64,000 bases of DNA. Source: Reclinomonas americana ATCC 50394 (lineage: Eukaryota). The stretch's first letter is position 1; each line of letters starts with the position of its first letter. The notes beneath the pieces are model-generated. The model was not told where the DNA came from. It did no database searches and saw only the letters and a program-made list of their open reading frames with translations. Of the stretch, positions 21,557 through 33,098 are shown one piece after another. Made by a program: the position numbers and the translations under genes. The stretch lies in contig PS015010.1 of NCBI GenBank assembly GCA_048213135.1, positions 1,302,001 through 1,366,000 of the forward strand, in the 5' to 3' direction.

Positions 21557-22435
21557 ATGAAAAATATCATCCTCCCGGTTACCACAGTCCTGGCAATAGC
21601 CATATGCTGTAACAACCCGGACAAAAAAGAAAACGATATGACAACGCACAACGATTCAGCTGTACATTTCAAAAGCGGCTACTCCAAAGTCAACGGTATT
21701 AATATGTACTACGAGATACACGGTGAAGGCCACCCGCTTGTACTCGTTCATGGCGGCGGCTCCACAATACAATCATCCTTTGGCAAGCTAATCCCTCAAC
21801 TATCAAAATCCCGGCAGATCATAGCAATGGAGCTCCAGGCACATGGCCGTACAGGCGACCGTGACGCTCCGGAGTCTTTCGAACAGGATGCAGACGATGT
21901 GGTAACACTCATCAGGAACCTGGGCCTGACTAAGGTTGACATTCTGGGTTACAGTAATGGCGGTAATACGGCCATGCAGGCAGCTATCCGTCATCCTGAA
22001 GCAGTGAACAAACTTATTGTTACTTCTTCCTTTTATAAGAGAGAAGGTTTACCGCCCGGCTTTTTTGAAATGATGGGAAACGCCACCCTTAAAGACATGC
22101 CTGAAACGCTTAAAAAAGCATTTTTTGATGTCAATTCCGATTCTAACCAGTTGCAGGTCATGTTCAACAAAGACAGGGAACGGATGCTTCATTTCAAAGA
22201 CTGGTCCGACGATATGCTTCGCTCGATCAAAGCCCCCACCCTTTTCATCAGCGGCGACCAGGATGTAGCTTCTGTAAGTCATACCGCCGCCATGGCTTCC
22301 CTGGTAAGCGGGTCAAGGGTCATGATCTTTCCCTGCGGGCACGGTTCCTTCATTGGCGTGGCGGAGAGTCCTGAACCGGGAAGCAACATCTTTGAAACAA
22401 CGGTTGCGGTGATCGATAACTTCCTGGGGCATTAA
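21557..22435 (+). CDS. alpha/beta-fold hydrolase, probable lipoprotein
   Basis: LVHGG, GHGRT, GYSNGG nucleophile elbow, GDQD, C-terminal GH. Confidence 0.9.
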   Translation: MKNIILPVTTVLAIAICCNNPDKKENDMTTHNDSAVHFKSGYSKVNGINMYYEIHGEGHPLVLVHGGGSTIQSSFGKLIPQLSKSRQIIAMELQAHGRTGDRDAPESFEQDADDVVTLIRNLGLTKVDILGYSNGGNTAMQAAIRHPEAVNKLIVTSSFYKREGLPPGFFEMMGNATLKDMPETLKKAFFDVNSDSNQLQVMFNKDRERMLHFKDWSDDMLRSIKAPTLFISGDQDVASVSHTAAMASLVSGSRVMIFPCGHGSFIGVAESPEPGSNIFETTVAVIDNFLGH

Positions 22436-22560
22436 GCACAGCGCTTAATTCTTTTTCCAGATCCCTGTTGTTATAATTATATAACAATCATTTTACCAGC
22501 ATAATCACAACCCTTTGCATTAACTCAGCGCTCTCTCCTTCTTCGCGGTTAACATAAACA

Positions 22561-22588
22561 AAAGGCCCCGGACGAATCCAGGGCCTTT
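22561..22588 (-). terminator. intrinsic terminator after the large T9SS gene
   Basis: aaaggccc...gggccttt hairpin with T-rich tail on the minus strand. Confidence 0.75.
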
Positions 22589-22610
22589 CTATTGACAAGC
22601 GATCGAGACA

Positions 22611-25600
22611 TTATTGAATCACCACTCTGCCTACCGCCAGGCGGTTACCATTCATGTCGCCGAGCTCAACCCAGTAAATACCTTTACTGAATTTACTCAT
22701 ATCAACATCCATACGTGCATAAGGAGCAGTGATACTGTTCTGCTGAACAAGCACCCTTTGTCCTTCGGAGTTATAAATGGTCAGACCACGAACCAGTGTG
22801 TTGGCATTTACACTGTAGTACCTTACCTGGAACCTTCCTGTAGTCGGGTTCGGGTAGATAAACAGTTTAGTGTTCACTGAATCGGAGATCAGTACAGAGT
22901 TAGAAACATTGGTACATCCGTTAACGTCTGTAACCAGTAAGCTGTACAGGCCAAGTCCGTCTACATTCACACCCAGTGTAGCAGCAGTTGCACCGGCAAC
23001 AACTACTCCATTCCTTCTCCAAGTGTAAGTAGCAGCAGCGTTAGGTGACACGCTTGAACTGAGCGTTGTAGTCAGACCAGGGAACAACCTGGTGTAAGGT
23101 GCAGCCGAGATCACGATCACTGGCAGCGGGTTCACCTTCAGTGTCCTTATTGCTGATGTAACAGATCCGCAAGGAGCAGCTCCGTTAACGATCACGCGGT
23201 ACTGGTAGTTGTTCATGGATACTGGCGGAGCGGTGATGGTGAGCGTTGCCGTAGTTGCACCGGTGTACACACCACCATTGGTGATGTTAGCCCATGTATT
23301 ACCGTTGTTGGTACTTACCTGCCATTGGTAGGCAGGTGCAGTACCTGTTGCCACAACCGTGAAGGTGGCCACTTTATCGGTACAGATGGTTTGATCTGCA
23401 GATACAGAAGTGATCGCAACCGGAACATTAACTGTAACCGGCACAGTGCGTGCAGGCGAGGTACAGGTACCGGAGCTTACTGTTACTGAGTAAGTAGTAG
23501 ATACAAGCGGACCGGCATAAACGGTTACAGCCTGCGTACCTGCTACATAAGGTATAGTGCCGGCGGCATCCAGGTACAGACCCGTAGCCGGGGTCCAGAT
23601 ACCACCTGCAGGTAAGCCGTAGGTGATGTCCAGTGACCAGGAATTGATTGTACCGCCATCGAGTGTGGCGAAGTCGCCCACTGCCAGCCTCCATGGACCG
23701 TTAGGTGTGGAAGTCAGACCATTCCAGTCCGGAACGTTTTGTTCGTAACCTGTTGGTCCGTAACCGGCACGTTTTTCAGCACCATAAGTACTGCTGCGTG
23801 GTGCAGGTGCACCGCTGATGGCAGCATTGCTCAGTGAGCTGATAATGGTATTGGTGAAATTATCCGTTCCGTTGGAACCGGTACCGCCATCAAGGCCGCC
23901 TACCAGGTTCAGACGGTTGCCGTTAGGTGCAACCAGGTTAATGTCCAGGTCACCAACCCATGTATGGGTGATGTTCAGGGTAACCTTGATCTCGGAGATC
24001 ACGGCAGCACCAGGTATACCGGCGATGTTTATTGTTGACAGTGCAGGATCACCTGTACCATCAGGAATAGCGATGTTCACTGTACCTGATGTGCCGCTCA
24101 CAGTTACAGGAGCCAGCGACGAAGTGATCGTCAGTGGTGTACGTGTACCCAGGCAAATGGTAGCAGATGCAGGGTTAACTGTAGGAGCATTTGGTGTATA
24201 GTTCACCAGTACAGTTCCTGTACCCACACAACCGGTAGTTGGGTTGGTAGCTGAAACCGTATAGGTTGTATTTACTGCAGGAGCTGCGTAAACAGTTGCT
24301 GTAGGCGTACCGGCCACATAGGCAATAGTAGCCGCAGCATTGGTGTACAGTCCGGTTGCAGGGCTCCAGGTGAAGTTGCCGCCTGTTGGACTGCTGGCTG
24401 TCAGCAGTACGCCATTGGTTCCGGCAACACCGCCGCAGACAGGTCCTGCAGGGCTGATGGTAACCACAGGAAGCGGGTTAACATTCAATACTGCGCCAAC
24501 TGAGTAGGCGGTTGGAGGACAGGTTCCGCTTACTGACAAACGATAACGGTAACCATTCATAGCGATGGTAACCGGGTTGATGGTCAGGGTACCTGTAGTT
24601 ACGTTGCTGTAAGGAGCAGCGTTGGTCAGGTTGGTCCATGTTCCACCTCCGTCGGTGCTAACCTGCCACAGCAGTGTAGCGCCTGTACCGGTACCGGCAG
24701 CTGTGAAGGTGGCTGTTCCACCGGCACAAACTGTAGTTGCAACTGGTTGAGAACTGATAGCAGGACGCTGGTTAACATTGATAGTAATGCTGGCCTGGCG
24801 TGAACAGCCCTGGGCTGTAGTTCCTGTAACGGTATAGGTTGTTGTAGTAGCAGGAGAAGCGGCAACCGGGTTGGTGGTGGTTGAGCTCAGACCTGCAGCA
24901 GGAGTCCACAGGAAAGTATAGCCTGTTGGCACACCTGCAGGTGCGCTGAATACGATATTGTAACCTCCGTTGATAGAGCCTACGTCACCACCACCATCAT
25001 CGGTGATGAACATTTTCCAGGTACCGTTGAAGTCACCTGTGAAAGTAGACAGCGGCAGTTGTGATCCGAATACACCGGGACCGGGAGCCGGCCAGTTATC
25101 AGGATCACTTGCAGGGAACAGGTAATCTGTCAGGTTGGTAGGCTTCCATGTGGTGCCGCTTGCCGGGGGATCGGTTCCACCCAGGGTATTGTTCAGGTTC
25201 AGCGGAGCCGCGTCATCAAATGTAAGGGTATGGTTCGCGAGATCGCCTCCCCTTCCGCAGTCAGCCATGATCACCACGTTCTGACCGGTTGGAGATTGCA
25301 GGAGGATATTCACGTCGCTCATCCACGTATGGCTGAGGCCCATTACAGTCACGCTTTTCACGGTAACACCGCTGGTAGGCAGACCACTTACACTAAGATT
25401 GATCGGGTAAACAGCTGCGGGTGCTGGAGCAGCGCTGCTGCCGGTACCCGTACCTGGTATGGCAATATTAGCCGGTGGAGCAGTAAAGGTTACCAGTCCT
25501 GTTCCTGTGATCACGGTCAGCAGCGTAGGATCGCCTGCGCACAATGTAGTGCCGGGATCAGCAACGATCGTTAATACAGGATTAGGATTCACTGTAATGG

Positions 25601-28600
25601 TGAATGATTTCGGAGTGCCGGAACATGTTCCCAGTACAGGCGTTACAGTAATGGTTGCAATAACCGGCGTAGTGCCGGTATTAACAGCTGTGAACGCTGC
25701 GATATTACCGGAACCACTTGCTGCTAGACCGATAGAAGGTGTGTTATTGGTCCAGTTGTATACAGTACCCGCCTGGCCACCGCTGAAAGTTACAGCAGCA
25801 GTTGAGGAACCGGCACATACTATCTGGTTCGCAATATTATTAACCGATGTTGTCGGGTTCACCGTAATGGTGAAGGTGGTTGGAGTACCGGTACAGGTAG
25901 CGCCTGCATTGGTATAAGAAGGCGTTACTGTGATGGTAGCCGTAACCGCTGTAGCACCTGCATTTTGTGCGGTGAATGAAGCGATGTTACCGCTTCCGCT
26001 TGCAGCCAGGCCAATAGACGGTGTGTTATTGGTCCAGTTGTAAACAGTACCCGCTACAGCGCCGCTGAAGTTAACAGCTGTAGTGGCAGCGCCTGCGCAA
26101 AGCGACTGGTTGGAAACTGCGTTAACTGTCGGGGTTGGGTTAACAGTGAGGTTAACCACAGCCGAAGGACGGCAAGCAGGATCTACCGGTGTTGGCGATA
26201 GGATCGCATAGATGAAGTAATTATTAGCGGCGGCAAATGTAGTGATTGTTGATGCTGCAGTTCCGCCGGAAGTCAGGCTTCCGTTGGGAACAGTCGCAAT
26301 CACCGTACCACCTGCATAAGGATCAGCCAGTGCTGAAGTTGATTGTTTGAACGTGATACCATAAGTAGTACCCATTGAAACAAGCCCTGTAGTAGAAATG
26401 GTCACATTGGAACCGATACAGGTACCCGGTGTTGGGTTGGTACTTACATTGGCAACAGTAGGACAAACAAAGCAACCTCCCGGACCTACCAGTGAGAAAG
26501 AACCGGTAGCCTGGCAGGTATTGGCAGCCGTTACGGTTACACCATAGTTACCAATGGTGAGACCGGTTTGGTTCTGCGCATTTACATTGACGCCGGGGCC
26601 AGTCCATACGAAACCGTAAGGACCCGGAGCACCACCCATAGTAAGGGTAATAGCACCATCGGCAGATGCACAGGTTGTTGGTTGTGTTAAAGTACCCGAC
26701 ACAGTTACACCCTGGTTGATGGTTACAACAACCGGGAGAACCATAGAGCAGGTACCATTAGAAGCTTTGATATAATAGGTGCCGGCAACGGATACTGCAT
26801 TGGGGTTAGCCAGTACAGCTGTAGCAGCGGCATCTGTGAAATATGTATAGGTTAAGCCTGCCATAGAACCTGATGTTACAGCGGCGGCGGTGAGGTCAAC
26901 AGTTGCCGGAGAACAAACCGCAGGCGGGTTGTTCACTACAAAACCTGTGGCAGTGAATTCATCTGCGCCCATATCCGGAGTTGTGGCAGACCTGGTATCG
27001 TTATCAATATCAACAGTTATTGAAGCTATTGGAGTAGCTGCGGCATTCAGACACCAGTTAACGCCATTGGCTGTTGACAGGTGCAGGTCGGTGGCAGATA
27101 CATAAACAGGCTGTATATTCTTCGAATTGGCATCGGCGCTTGTTGCGGCCTGGAATGCGGCAAGTGTGGTATAGTTGGTGGCACCTATTTTGCCAACCCA
27201 ATTACCGCCTGAACCGGTAGAAGCTACCCAGTAATCATTATAGTCAAGTCCAACAAACTGGGCTGCTGATGTAACGGCGCCAATACCTACAGCACCGGCA
27301 CCCGTTGTTCCCAAGCGTCCCAGGTTATTATGGATGATGTTATTCCTGACATTAGCTGTTACATTATTATCCAGCAGGATACCAAATGAATGCGCCGCTG
27401 CGGAGAAATTAAGCGTATTACCGCTCAGGAAGATGGTGTTGTAATATATATTCACACCACCCTGACCAGTACCAAAGGCGTAAACACCCACTGGAGAATA
27501 AGTACCGCCAAATGAGGTATAAGAATCAGCGTCTCCGGAGAGATTACGGATCATATTGTTGCTGACTGTAACGTTCGCGGCAGCGAGGCCGGTAGATACA
27601 GCAACACCGTGAGCTCCATATCCCGATGTTCCGGTGTAATTGATATCATGAATCAGGTTTTTCTCTACAACAGTATTGGAAGTACCCGTAGCCAGCCAGA
27701 TACCTTTTTTGGTTTCACCTGATGTTGATTCAAAGTTACCGATATCATTACCGGTAATAGTGGCACCATTGGCCCCCTGTACATACACACCTATAAAACG
27801 TATTTGGTTAGCGCCTGTGGTATTCAACAGGTTGGAAGCGATATTCATACCGGCGCCATTTCCTGCAACAACCGCACAGTTAATATACATACCAATATAG
27901 GCTTTCTGAATATTGTTATTTTGCACGGTGATGTTGGTAAAGTAGCCAGGATTACCTGGAGTTCCTCCATCAGTGATCACCATTGCACTGCTTGTATTTA
28001 TACCATTGATGATATTCGTGTTTTTCACAACATCATTTGTAGTGGTAGTAGTACCCGAAGAGGCAATAAGCAATACGGATGGTGTGGATGTGGACGTATT
28101 GGTGATGGTGAGGTCCCTGCTGGTACCGCCATTATTGGAACCATCGATAGTCACATTACTTGCGAATATCCTGATCAGTGCGTTACCGGCGAATGAACCC
28201 GTAAGGGTTGAAGTAACACCTGTATTGGGCTTGATCAGTAAGTTGTAAGGACCAGCGCAGCCATAAGCGATAGCGTTCAGGGCGTTGGCACCTGTTTCTG
28301 TAACCGATGCGTCGAGGATATTCACGGTCAGATTTCCGGAAAGACCTCCTGCGTTGATAGCGGCAAATAAACCACCTGCACCTGTAAGTGAGGTATATGT
28401 TCCTGCCGCACCTACAGTTACTGTTCCACTGAGTCCATTAATATTATAACTGTTAATCGTTCCGGTAATCGGGAAATTGCCTGCCGTCAGTGCCACGCTT
28501 GCCGGTGAACCGGTTGGCGTACCTGAATTGATAGTTACGTTAGGTATGGTGGCCAGATCCTGGGCTGCAACGAAGTACTGGATAACATCACCAGTTGCAA

Positions 28601-30602
28601 CACCGCCGAATACCAGGGAATGATCTATTGTAAAGGTGAAAGGACTTACCGTGTTGGTAGCTTCGGCATATTTCCAGCCATCCGTAGTATTGGTATTGGT
28701 ACCTGGCAATACGTTAGCATTGGTCAATTTTTTGAACCATACTCGGGGTTTGGTTCCTGCAGCCACATTGATACCGGCGGCATCACTGATATTGGCCGTC
28801 AATGTCCTGTTGGCGATACATACAATATTGCCAAGTGCTGTATAACTCACAGCAGGAGGAATATTATCGAGGAAAATACCAGCGAACTCATCCGCACCCA
28901 TGTCAGGCGTGGTAGCATTGCGGGTATCGCCGTCAATATCAAGCGTTACGCCTGCAGCAGAACCGGCAGACTCCAGCGGTGTTGATGTACCACCGGGAAT
29001 ATGCAGATCGGTAGCTGATACAAACGGAGGAGCAGTAGCTAATCCGTAAGAAGCATTATCGCTGTTTACCACACCGAGTGAGCTTGTATAGGTCCTTAAG
29101 TTAGAAGCACCAGTTGTTGCAGTTGAATTGAAGTTCGAAGCCAGGTAAAGATTAGCAGCTGACGCCGTCGTACCTACCTGTGCGATACCGCTGTAAGCCA
29201 GGCCGCTTTGATAATAGGCATTATTATTAATAGTTAATGCCATAGCACTTGTAGCACCGGAGGGCAGGTAAATGGAACTGAATACTGTATTATACAGCGT
29301 AGTGTTACCGCCTGTCGCTTTATTGGAGAAGATATTGTTCCTTACATCCATACCGGTTGAAGAAGCAGACACAATACCGAAACAGGTTACCAGGTCAGTG
29401 CTGGTTGAACCTGGAACAGCGCCTGTAAAATGTACAGAGTTATGATATACTTTATGTCCCGTACCTCCGCCAATGCGGATACCGAAAGCACCAAAAGTAG
29501 TGCTGAATGAACCCGTACCAGTAGTCTGGTTGTTCAAACAGTTACCCACAAAGTTGTTCATGATCACATGGTTACTACCACCGGTAATATCAATACCAAA
29601 AGCGGTGTACGTATTGGGGGAATTGTTGATCATGCGTTCCACCCTGTTCCTCTCGATAAAAACATTGGCGAGGCCCGTGGTACTTACCATACCTACGTTA
29701 ATAGCCCTGTTAGGAGTAGAGGATTCGATATAACCTTCCACACGTACGGTATTGCCCCTTACAAAGGCATTGGTAGTACCCTGTACAGTAATACCCACGG
29801 CAGTAACCTGGTCGGCTGCACCCTGTGTGGCATTACCCACAATATTATTGGAAACATAAAGACCCGGGAAAACTGTTCCCGAACTGCCGTTGATAGAAAT
29901 ACCACGGGCAACGGTCTGGATATTGTTGTTATCCACAGAAAGATTGGACATAGTCTGCCCACTTGCGCTCGTGTTCGTTGCTGAAGTCAGCGCAGAAGGA
30001 GCATTGGTAACGGCTGACGTGGAGGCGCCTGCGGCAGCAATAACGCCCCAGGTGGTAACCTCAGTCGTATTACCCGCAGCATTTTTACCTGTACCACTTC
30101 CGATAAGGTTACAGTTCTTTACGGTGATATTATCGCAACTTGTTATCAGCGTAGACGTGGCCAGGCGCACACACGAAGTGAACGTGATGGCATTGGTGGC
30201 CGTGTTCGTGATAGTAAGGTTGCGGTTCGTACCTGCAGTGTTGGGGTTATCACCGTCGATGGTCACATTGTCTGCACCATTCAATTCGATAATACCCCGC
30301 CCCGTAGCGGTAGCGAAAGAAATGTTCACTGCATCCGCAGTGGGTCGGATCAACATGGACGTGTAGCTTGCCGAACCCGCGCCACTGCTGTTCAGTACAG
30401 CAATACCGGCTTCAGTAAAACTTGCGGAGATGTCGATGGTAATGATACCCTGGTGGGTGCCTGCATTGATAGCTGTGAATGCAGAACTTAGATTCGTGTA
30501 CGCTGTTGGCCCGGGTGTACCAGCTGTTGCGGTAACACTGACCTGCGCTTTTGTGATTGCTGAAAACAAGAATGCCAACAGCAATAGTAGAACTCTGTTC
30601 AT
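22611..30602 (-). CDS. 2663-aa T9SS-secreted surface protein (two beta-helix-like modules, PKD/Ig-like repeats, two proprotein-convertase P-like domains, type A CTD)
   Basis: signal peptide; two TPDMGADEF-ending modules; HTWMSDV and HTWVGDL P-domain motifs; C-terminal IYPNP...KGIYWV. Confidence 0.88.
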   Translation of the reverse strand: MNRVLLLLLAFLFSAITKAQVSVTATAGTPGPTAYTNLSSAFTAINAGTHQGIITIDISASFTEAGIAVLNSSGAGSASYTSMLIRPTADAVNISFATATGRGIIELNGADNVTIDGDNPNTAGTNRNLTITNTATNAITFTSCVRLATSTLITSCDNITVKNCNLIGSGTGKNAAGNTTEVTTWGVIAAAGASTSAVTNAPSALTSATNTSASGQTMSNLSVDNNNIQTVARGISINGSSGTVFPGLYVSNNIVGNATQGAADQVTAVGITVQGTTNAFVRGNTVRVEGYIESSTPNRAINVGMVSTTGLANVFIERNRVERMINNSPNTYTAFGIDITGGSNHVIMNNFVGNCLNNQTTGTGSFSTTFGAFGIRIGGGTGHKVYHNSVHFTGAVPGSTSTDLVTCFGIVSASSTGMDVRNNIFSNKATGGNTTLYNTVFSSIYLPSGATSAMALTINNNAYYQSGLAYSGIAQVGTTASAANLYLASNFNSTATTGASNLRTYTSSLGVVNSDNASYGLATAPPFVSATDLHIPGGTSTPLESAGSAAGVTLDIDGDTRNATTPDMGADEFAGIFLDNIPPAVSYTALGNIVCIANRTLTANISDAAGINVAAGTKPRVWFKKLTNANVLPGTNTNTTDGWKYAEATNTVSPFTFTIDHSLVFGGVATGDVIQYFVAAQDLATIPNVTINSGTPTGSPASVALTAGNFPITGTINSYNINGLSGTVTVGAAGTYTSLTGAGGLFAAINAGGLSGNLTVNILDASVTETGANALNAIAYGCAGPYNLLIKPNTGVTSTLTGSFAGNALIRIFASNVTIDGSNNGGTSRDLTITNTSTSTPSVLLIASSGTTTTTNDVVKNTNIINGINTSSAMVITDGGTPGNPGYFTNITVQNNNIQKAYIGMYINCAVVAGNGAGMNIASNLLNTTGANQIRFIGVYVQGANGATITGNDIGNFESTSGETKKGIWLATGTSNTVVEKNLIHDINYTGTSGYGAHGVAVSTGLAAANVTVSNNMIRNLSGDADSYTSFGGTYSPVGVYAFGTGQGGVNIYYNTIFLSGNTLNFSAAAHSFGILLDNNVTANVRNNIIHNNLGRLGTTGAGAVGIGAVTSAAQFVGLDYNDYWVASTGSGGNWVGKIGATNYTTLAAFQAATSADANSKNIQPVYVSATDLHLSTANGVNWCLNAAATPIASITVDIDNDTRSATTPDMGADEFTATGFVVNNPPAVCSPATVDLTAAAVTSGSMAGLTYTYFTDAAATAVLANPNAVSVAGTYYIKASNGTCSMVLPVVVTINQGVTVSGTLTQPTTCASADGAITLTMGGAPGPYGFVWTGPGVNVNAQNQTGLTIGNYGVTVTAANTCQATGSFSLVGPGGCFVCPTVANVSTNPTPGTCIGSNVTISTTGLVSMGTTYGITFKQSTSALADPYAGGTVIATVPNGSLTSGGTAASTITTFAAANNYFIYAILSPTPVDPACRPSAVVNLTVNPTPTVNAVSNQSLCAGAATTAVNFSGAVAGTVYNWTNNTPSIGLAASGSGNIASFTAQNAGATAVTATITVTPSYTNAGATCTGTPTTFTITVNPTTSVNNIANQIVCAGSSTAAVTFSGGQAGTVYNWTNNTPSIGLAASGSGNIAAFTAVNTGTTPVIATITVTPVLGTCSGTPKSFTITVNPNPVLTIVADPGTTLCAGDPTLLTVITGTGLVTFTAPPANIAIPGTGTGSSAAPAPAAVYPINLSVSGLPTSGVTVKSVTVMGLSHTWMSDVNILLQSPTGQNVVIMADCGRGGDLANHTLTFDDAAPLNLNNTLGGTDPPASGTTWKPTNLTDYLFPASDPDNWPAPGPGVFGSQLPLSTFTGDFNGTWKMFITDDGGGDVGSINGGYNIVFSAPAGVPTGYTFLWTPAAGLSSTTTNPVAASPATTTTYTVTGTTAQGCSRQASITINVNQRPAISSQPVATTVCAGGTATFTAAGTGTGATLLWQVSTDGGGTWTNLTNAAPYSNVTTGTLTINPVTIAMNGYRYRLSVSGTCPPTAYSVGAVLNVNPLPVVTISPAGPVCGGVAGTNGVLLTASSPTGGNFTWSPATGLYTNAAATIAYVAGTPTATVYAAPAVNTTYTVSATNPTTGCVGTGTVLVNYTPNAPTVNPASATICLGTRTPLTITSSLAPVTVSGTSGTVNIAIPDGTGDPALSTINIAGIPGAAVISEIKVTLNITHTWVGDLDINLVAPNGNRLNLVGGLDGGTGSNGTDNFTNTIISSLSNAAISGAPAPRSSTYGAEKRAGYGPTGYEQNVPDWNGLTSTPNGPWRLAVGDFATLDGGTINSWSLDITYGLPAGGIWTPATGLYLDAAGTIPYVAGTQAVTVYAGPLVSTTYSVTVSSGTCTSPARTVPVTVNVPVAITSVSADQTICTDKVATFTVVATGTAPAYQWQVSTNNGNTWANITNGGVYTGATTATLTITAPPVSMNNYQYRVIVNGAAPCGSVTSAIRTLKVNPLPVIVISAAPYTRLFPGLTTTLSSSVSPNAAATYTWRRNGVVVAGATAATLGVNVDGLGLYSLLVTDVNGCTNVSNSVLISDSVNTKLFIYPNPTTGRFQVRYYSVNANTLVRGLTIYNSEGQRVLVQQNSITAPYARMDVDMSKFSKGIYWVELGDMNGNRLAVGRVVIQ

Positions 30603-30815
30603 ACGCTAGTTTTGGTTAATATTGGGTTGATCTTATGGCGATCAGCAGATGAAGGTATTATATTTTTATTATCATCCAAATTTAGTTTCATAAATGTGGT
30701 CAAATTTTCTTATATCTTTCAACACCTATTTATACTGGCCTTGCCTTTAACGGGATTTCCACATTCCTTCTCCGCTGCTTGTTTTATTTTGTGCTATATT
30801 GTAGGGTAAAAAAGC

Positions 30816-32105
30816 ATGCTCCGTTCTCATATCTTTCTTCTCTTTACCGGCATTTTCCTCATTCACTTTACTAATGCGCAGAATATCAGCAGCAAAGCCC
30901 AATCTATCCAGCCCAAACTGGAAGAATGGAGACGTCATCTTCACCAGAATCCCGAACTGAGTAACCGGGAATACAGGACCTCGGCCTATGTGGCGGATAA
31001 ACTCAGGCAAATGGGATTGGAAGTCCGGACAGGCATTGCCCGTACTGGTGTGGTAGCCCTTTTAAAGGGAGGTAAACCCGGGCCGGTGATAGCCCTGCGG
31101 GCAGATATGGACGCACTGCCCGTAAAAGAAAGAGTGCTTCTCCCCTATGCTTCAAAGGACAGCGCCGATTACCTCGGTCAGAAAGTGCCCGTGATGCATG
31201 CCTGCGGACACGATGCCCACGTGGCCATGCTGCTGGGAGCCGCGGAGGTACTGTCATCTATGAAAAAAGATATTGCCGGCACCATCAAATTTATCTTTCA
31301 GCCTGCTGAGGAAGGCGCACCCGGAACAGAAGAAGGCGGCGCCCCGCTGATGGTGAAAGAAGGTGTGATGGATAACCCGAAAGTGGATGCCATATTTGGA
31401 ATGCACATCGAATCGTGGATACCCGCAGGCGATATACAATATAAAAGCGGAGCCTTTATGGCATCGGCCGACTGGTTCACCATAAAAGTAAAAGGAAAAT
31501 CCTCGCATGGCTCACAACCCTGGCTGGGTGTGGATCCCATATCAGTATCAGCACAGATCATTGAGGCGCTGCAGCATATTGTAAGCCGGCAGACTGATCT
31601 CACAAAAGCGCCTGTGGTGATCACCGTAGGAAAAATACACAGCGGCGTTCGCAACAATATTATACCGGAAGAATGTGTAATGGACGGTACCATCCGCACA
31701 CTGGACAATGACATGCAAAAAGAAATACACCGCCGCATCCGCCATACCGCGGAGAAGATCGCGGAGGCCAGCAACGCACAGGCGGAAGTGAGCTTCGATA
31801 CCCGTACACTTGTCACCTATAACACCCCCGAACTGGTTAAGCAAATGATCCCTTCGTTGCAGACAGCAGCCGGCAGTGACCACGTACGGGAAATGGAATG
31901 GGTAACCGGCGGGGAAGATTTCAGTTATTATGGCACCAAAGCCCCGGCCTTCTTTTTTTATATCGGCGGCATGCCGCGTGGCAATAACCCCGCCAAAGCG
32001 CCACCCCACCATACGCCTGATTTTATGATCGACGACAGCCAGTTGTATGTAGGTGTAAAAGCCTTTTGCCAGTTGGCACTCGACTATGCCCGGCTACACC
32101 CCTGA
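30816..32105 (+). CDS. M20 amidohydrolase
   Basis: HQNPELS, LRADMDALP, MHACGHDAH, FQPAEEG, GEDF motifs; signal peptide. Confidence 0.93.
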   Translation: MLRSHIFLLFTGIFLIHFTNAQNISSKAQSIQPKLEEWRRHLHQNPELSNREYRTSAYVADKLRQMGLEVRTGIARTGVVALLKGGKPGPVIALRADMDALPVKERVLLPYASKDSADYLGQKVPVMHACGHDAHVAMLLGAAEVLSSMKKDIAGTIKFIFQPAEEGAPGTEEGGAPLMVKEGVMDNPKVDAIFGMHIESWIPAGDIQYKSGAFMASADWFTIKVKGKSSHGSQPWLGVDPISVSAQIIEALQHIVSRQTDLTKAPVVITVGKIHSGVRNNIIPEECVMDGTIRTLDNDMQKEIHRRIRHTAEKIAEASNAQAEVSFDTRTLVTYNTPELVKQMIPSLQTAAGSDHVREMEWVTGGEDFSYYGTKAPAFFFYIGGMPRGNNPAKAPPHHTPDFMIDDSQLYVGVKAFCQLALDYARLHP

Positions 32106-32240
32106 TTGGCACCGTCATATATAAACTGTATATCAGGCATATACGCCGTTCATACATTAAGTCCCCCCTTCCAATAGAGAGAAGGCTGGTAATTTCGTAT
32201 TTTTATCGGCCTTATTTCAGATTAAAACGCTCCTTACTGC

Positions 32241-33098
32241 ATGCAAAAACAACCCGGCCGGTTTTTTTTCTCACCGGTACCAGTGATGTTCATTATCCTG
32301 GCCTGTTTTACCTTGTCCACACAGGCACAACCCCTTGTACGCGGCAGGGTCATTTTCAAGCGTGATAATAAGCCTGCCGTGTCTGCTACGGTAAGCCTCA
32401 CCGGCCATAACAACTCCATGCACCTGACCGACAAACTGGGCAATTTCTCTATCCCGGCAAAGGAGATTAGAACCATGGACAGTCTTCTTATATCACTGGT
32501 GGGTTATTACAGCATCAGGATACCCGTATCTCAGGCCATGGAGTTCCGCTCTTACGAACTGGTTGAAAATCCCAGGAGCCTGGAGCCGGTAAAAGTATTC
32601 AGCTCACAGGGCATGGTAGGTGATACTAAAGAATCGGTAGGTTATTACATCAGCTGGAGTGCCGACAAAAGAGGCAATGAAGTGGGCCGTGCCGTTCACT
32701 TTCCCTACGACGAATACAAGATCGACAAAATACGCTTTAAGGTTAACAACCGCTGCGACAGCGCCATCATCCGCCTGCACATACGTGACCTCGTTTACGG
32801 AAGACCCGGCCAGGAGATCTTCAGGGACTCTATCACAGTAATGGTAAAGAAAAATGCCACCCTCGATGACCGGGCTACAGAATTCGATCTGTCAGAAAAA
32901 AATATCATCCTCAAAAAGAAAGACGTGTTTATTGGTCTCGAAGTATTGAGCACTAAAAACCAGGACGGCAAATACTGTTCTTTCGCCTTTGCCGGAACAG
33001 AAAAAGGAGAATACAGTTTTAAACCTTCATTCTGGGAAGACTGGGAAGCAGGCCACGCCGAGTATACGATCTTTTTGCGGGCGAGTATCAGGTATTAA
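32241..33098 (+). CDS. secreted protein with carboxypeptidase-regulatory-like N-terminal domain
   Basis: signal peptide; GRVI...ATV...TDKLGNFSI...ISLVGY pattern. Confidence 0.7.
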   Translation: MQKQPGRFFFSPVPVMFIILACFTLSTQAQPLVRGRVIFKRDNKPAVSATVSLTGHNNSMHLTDKLGNFSIPAKEIRTMDSLLISLVGYYSIRIPVSQAMEFRSYELVENPRSLEPVKVFSSQGMVGDTKESVGYYISWSADKRGNEVGRAVHFPYDEYKIDKIRFKVNNRCDSAIIRLHIRDLVYGRPGQEIFRDSITVMVKKNATLDDRATEFDLSEKNIILKKKDVFIGLEVLSTKNQDGKYCSFAFAGTEKGEYSFKPSFWEDWEAGHAEYTIFLRASIRY

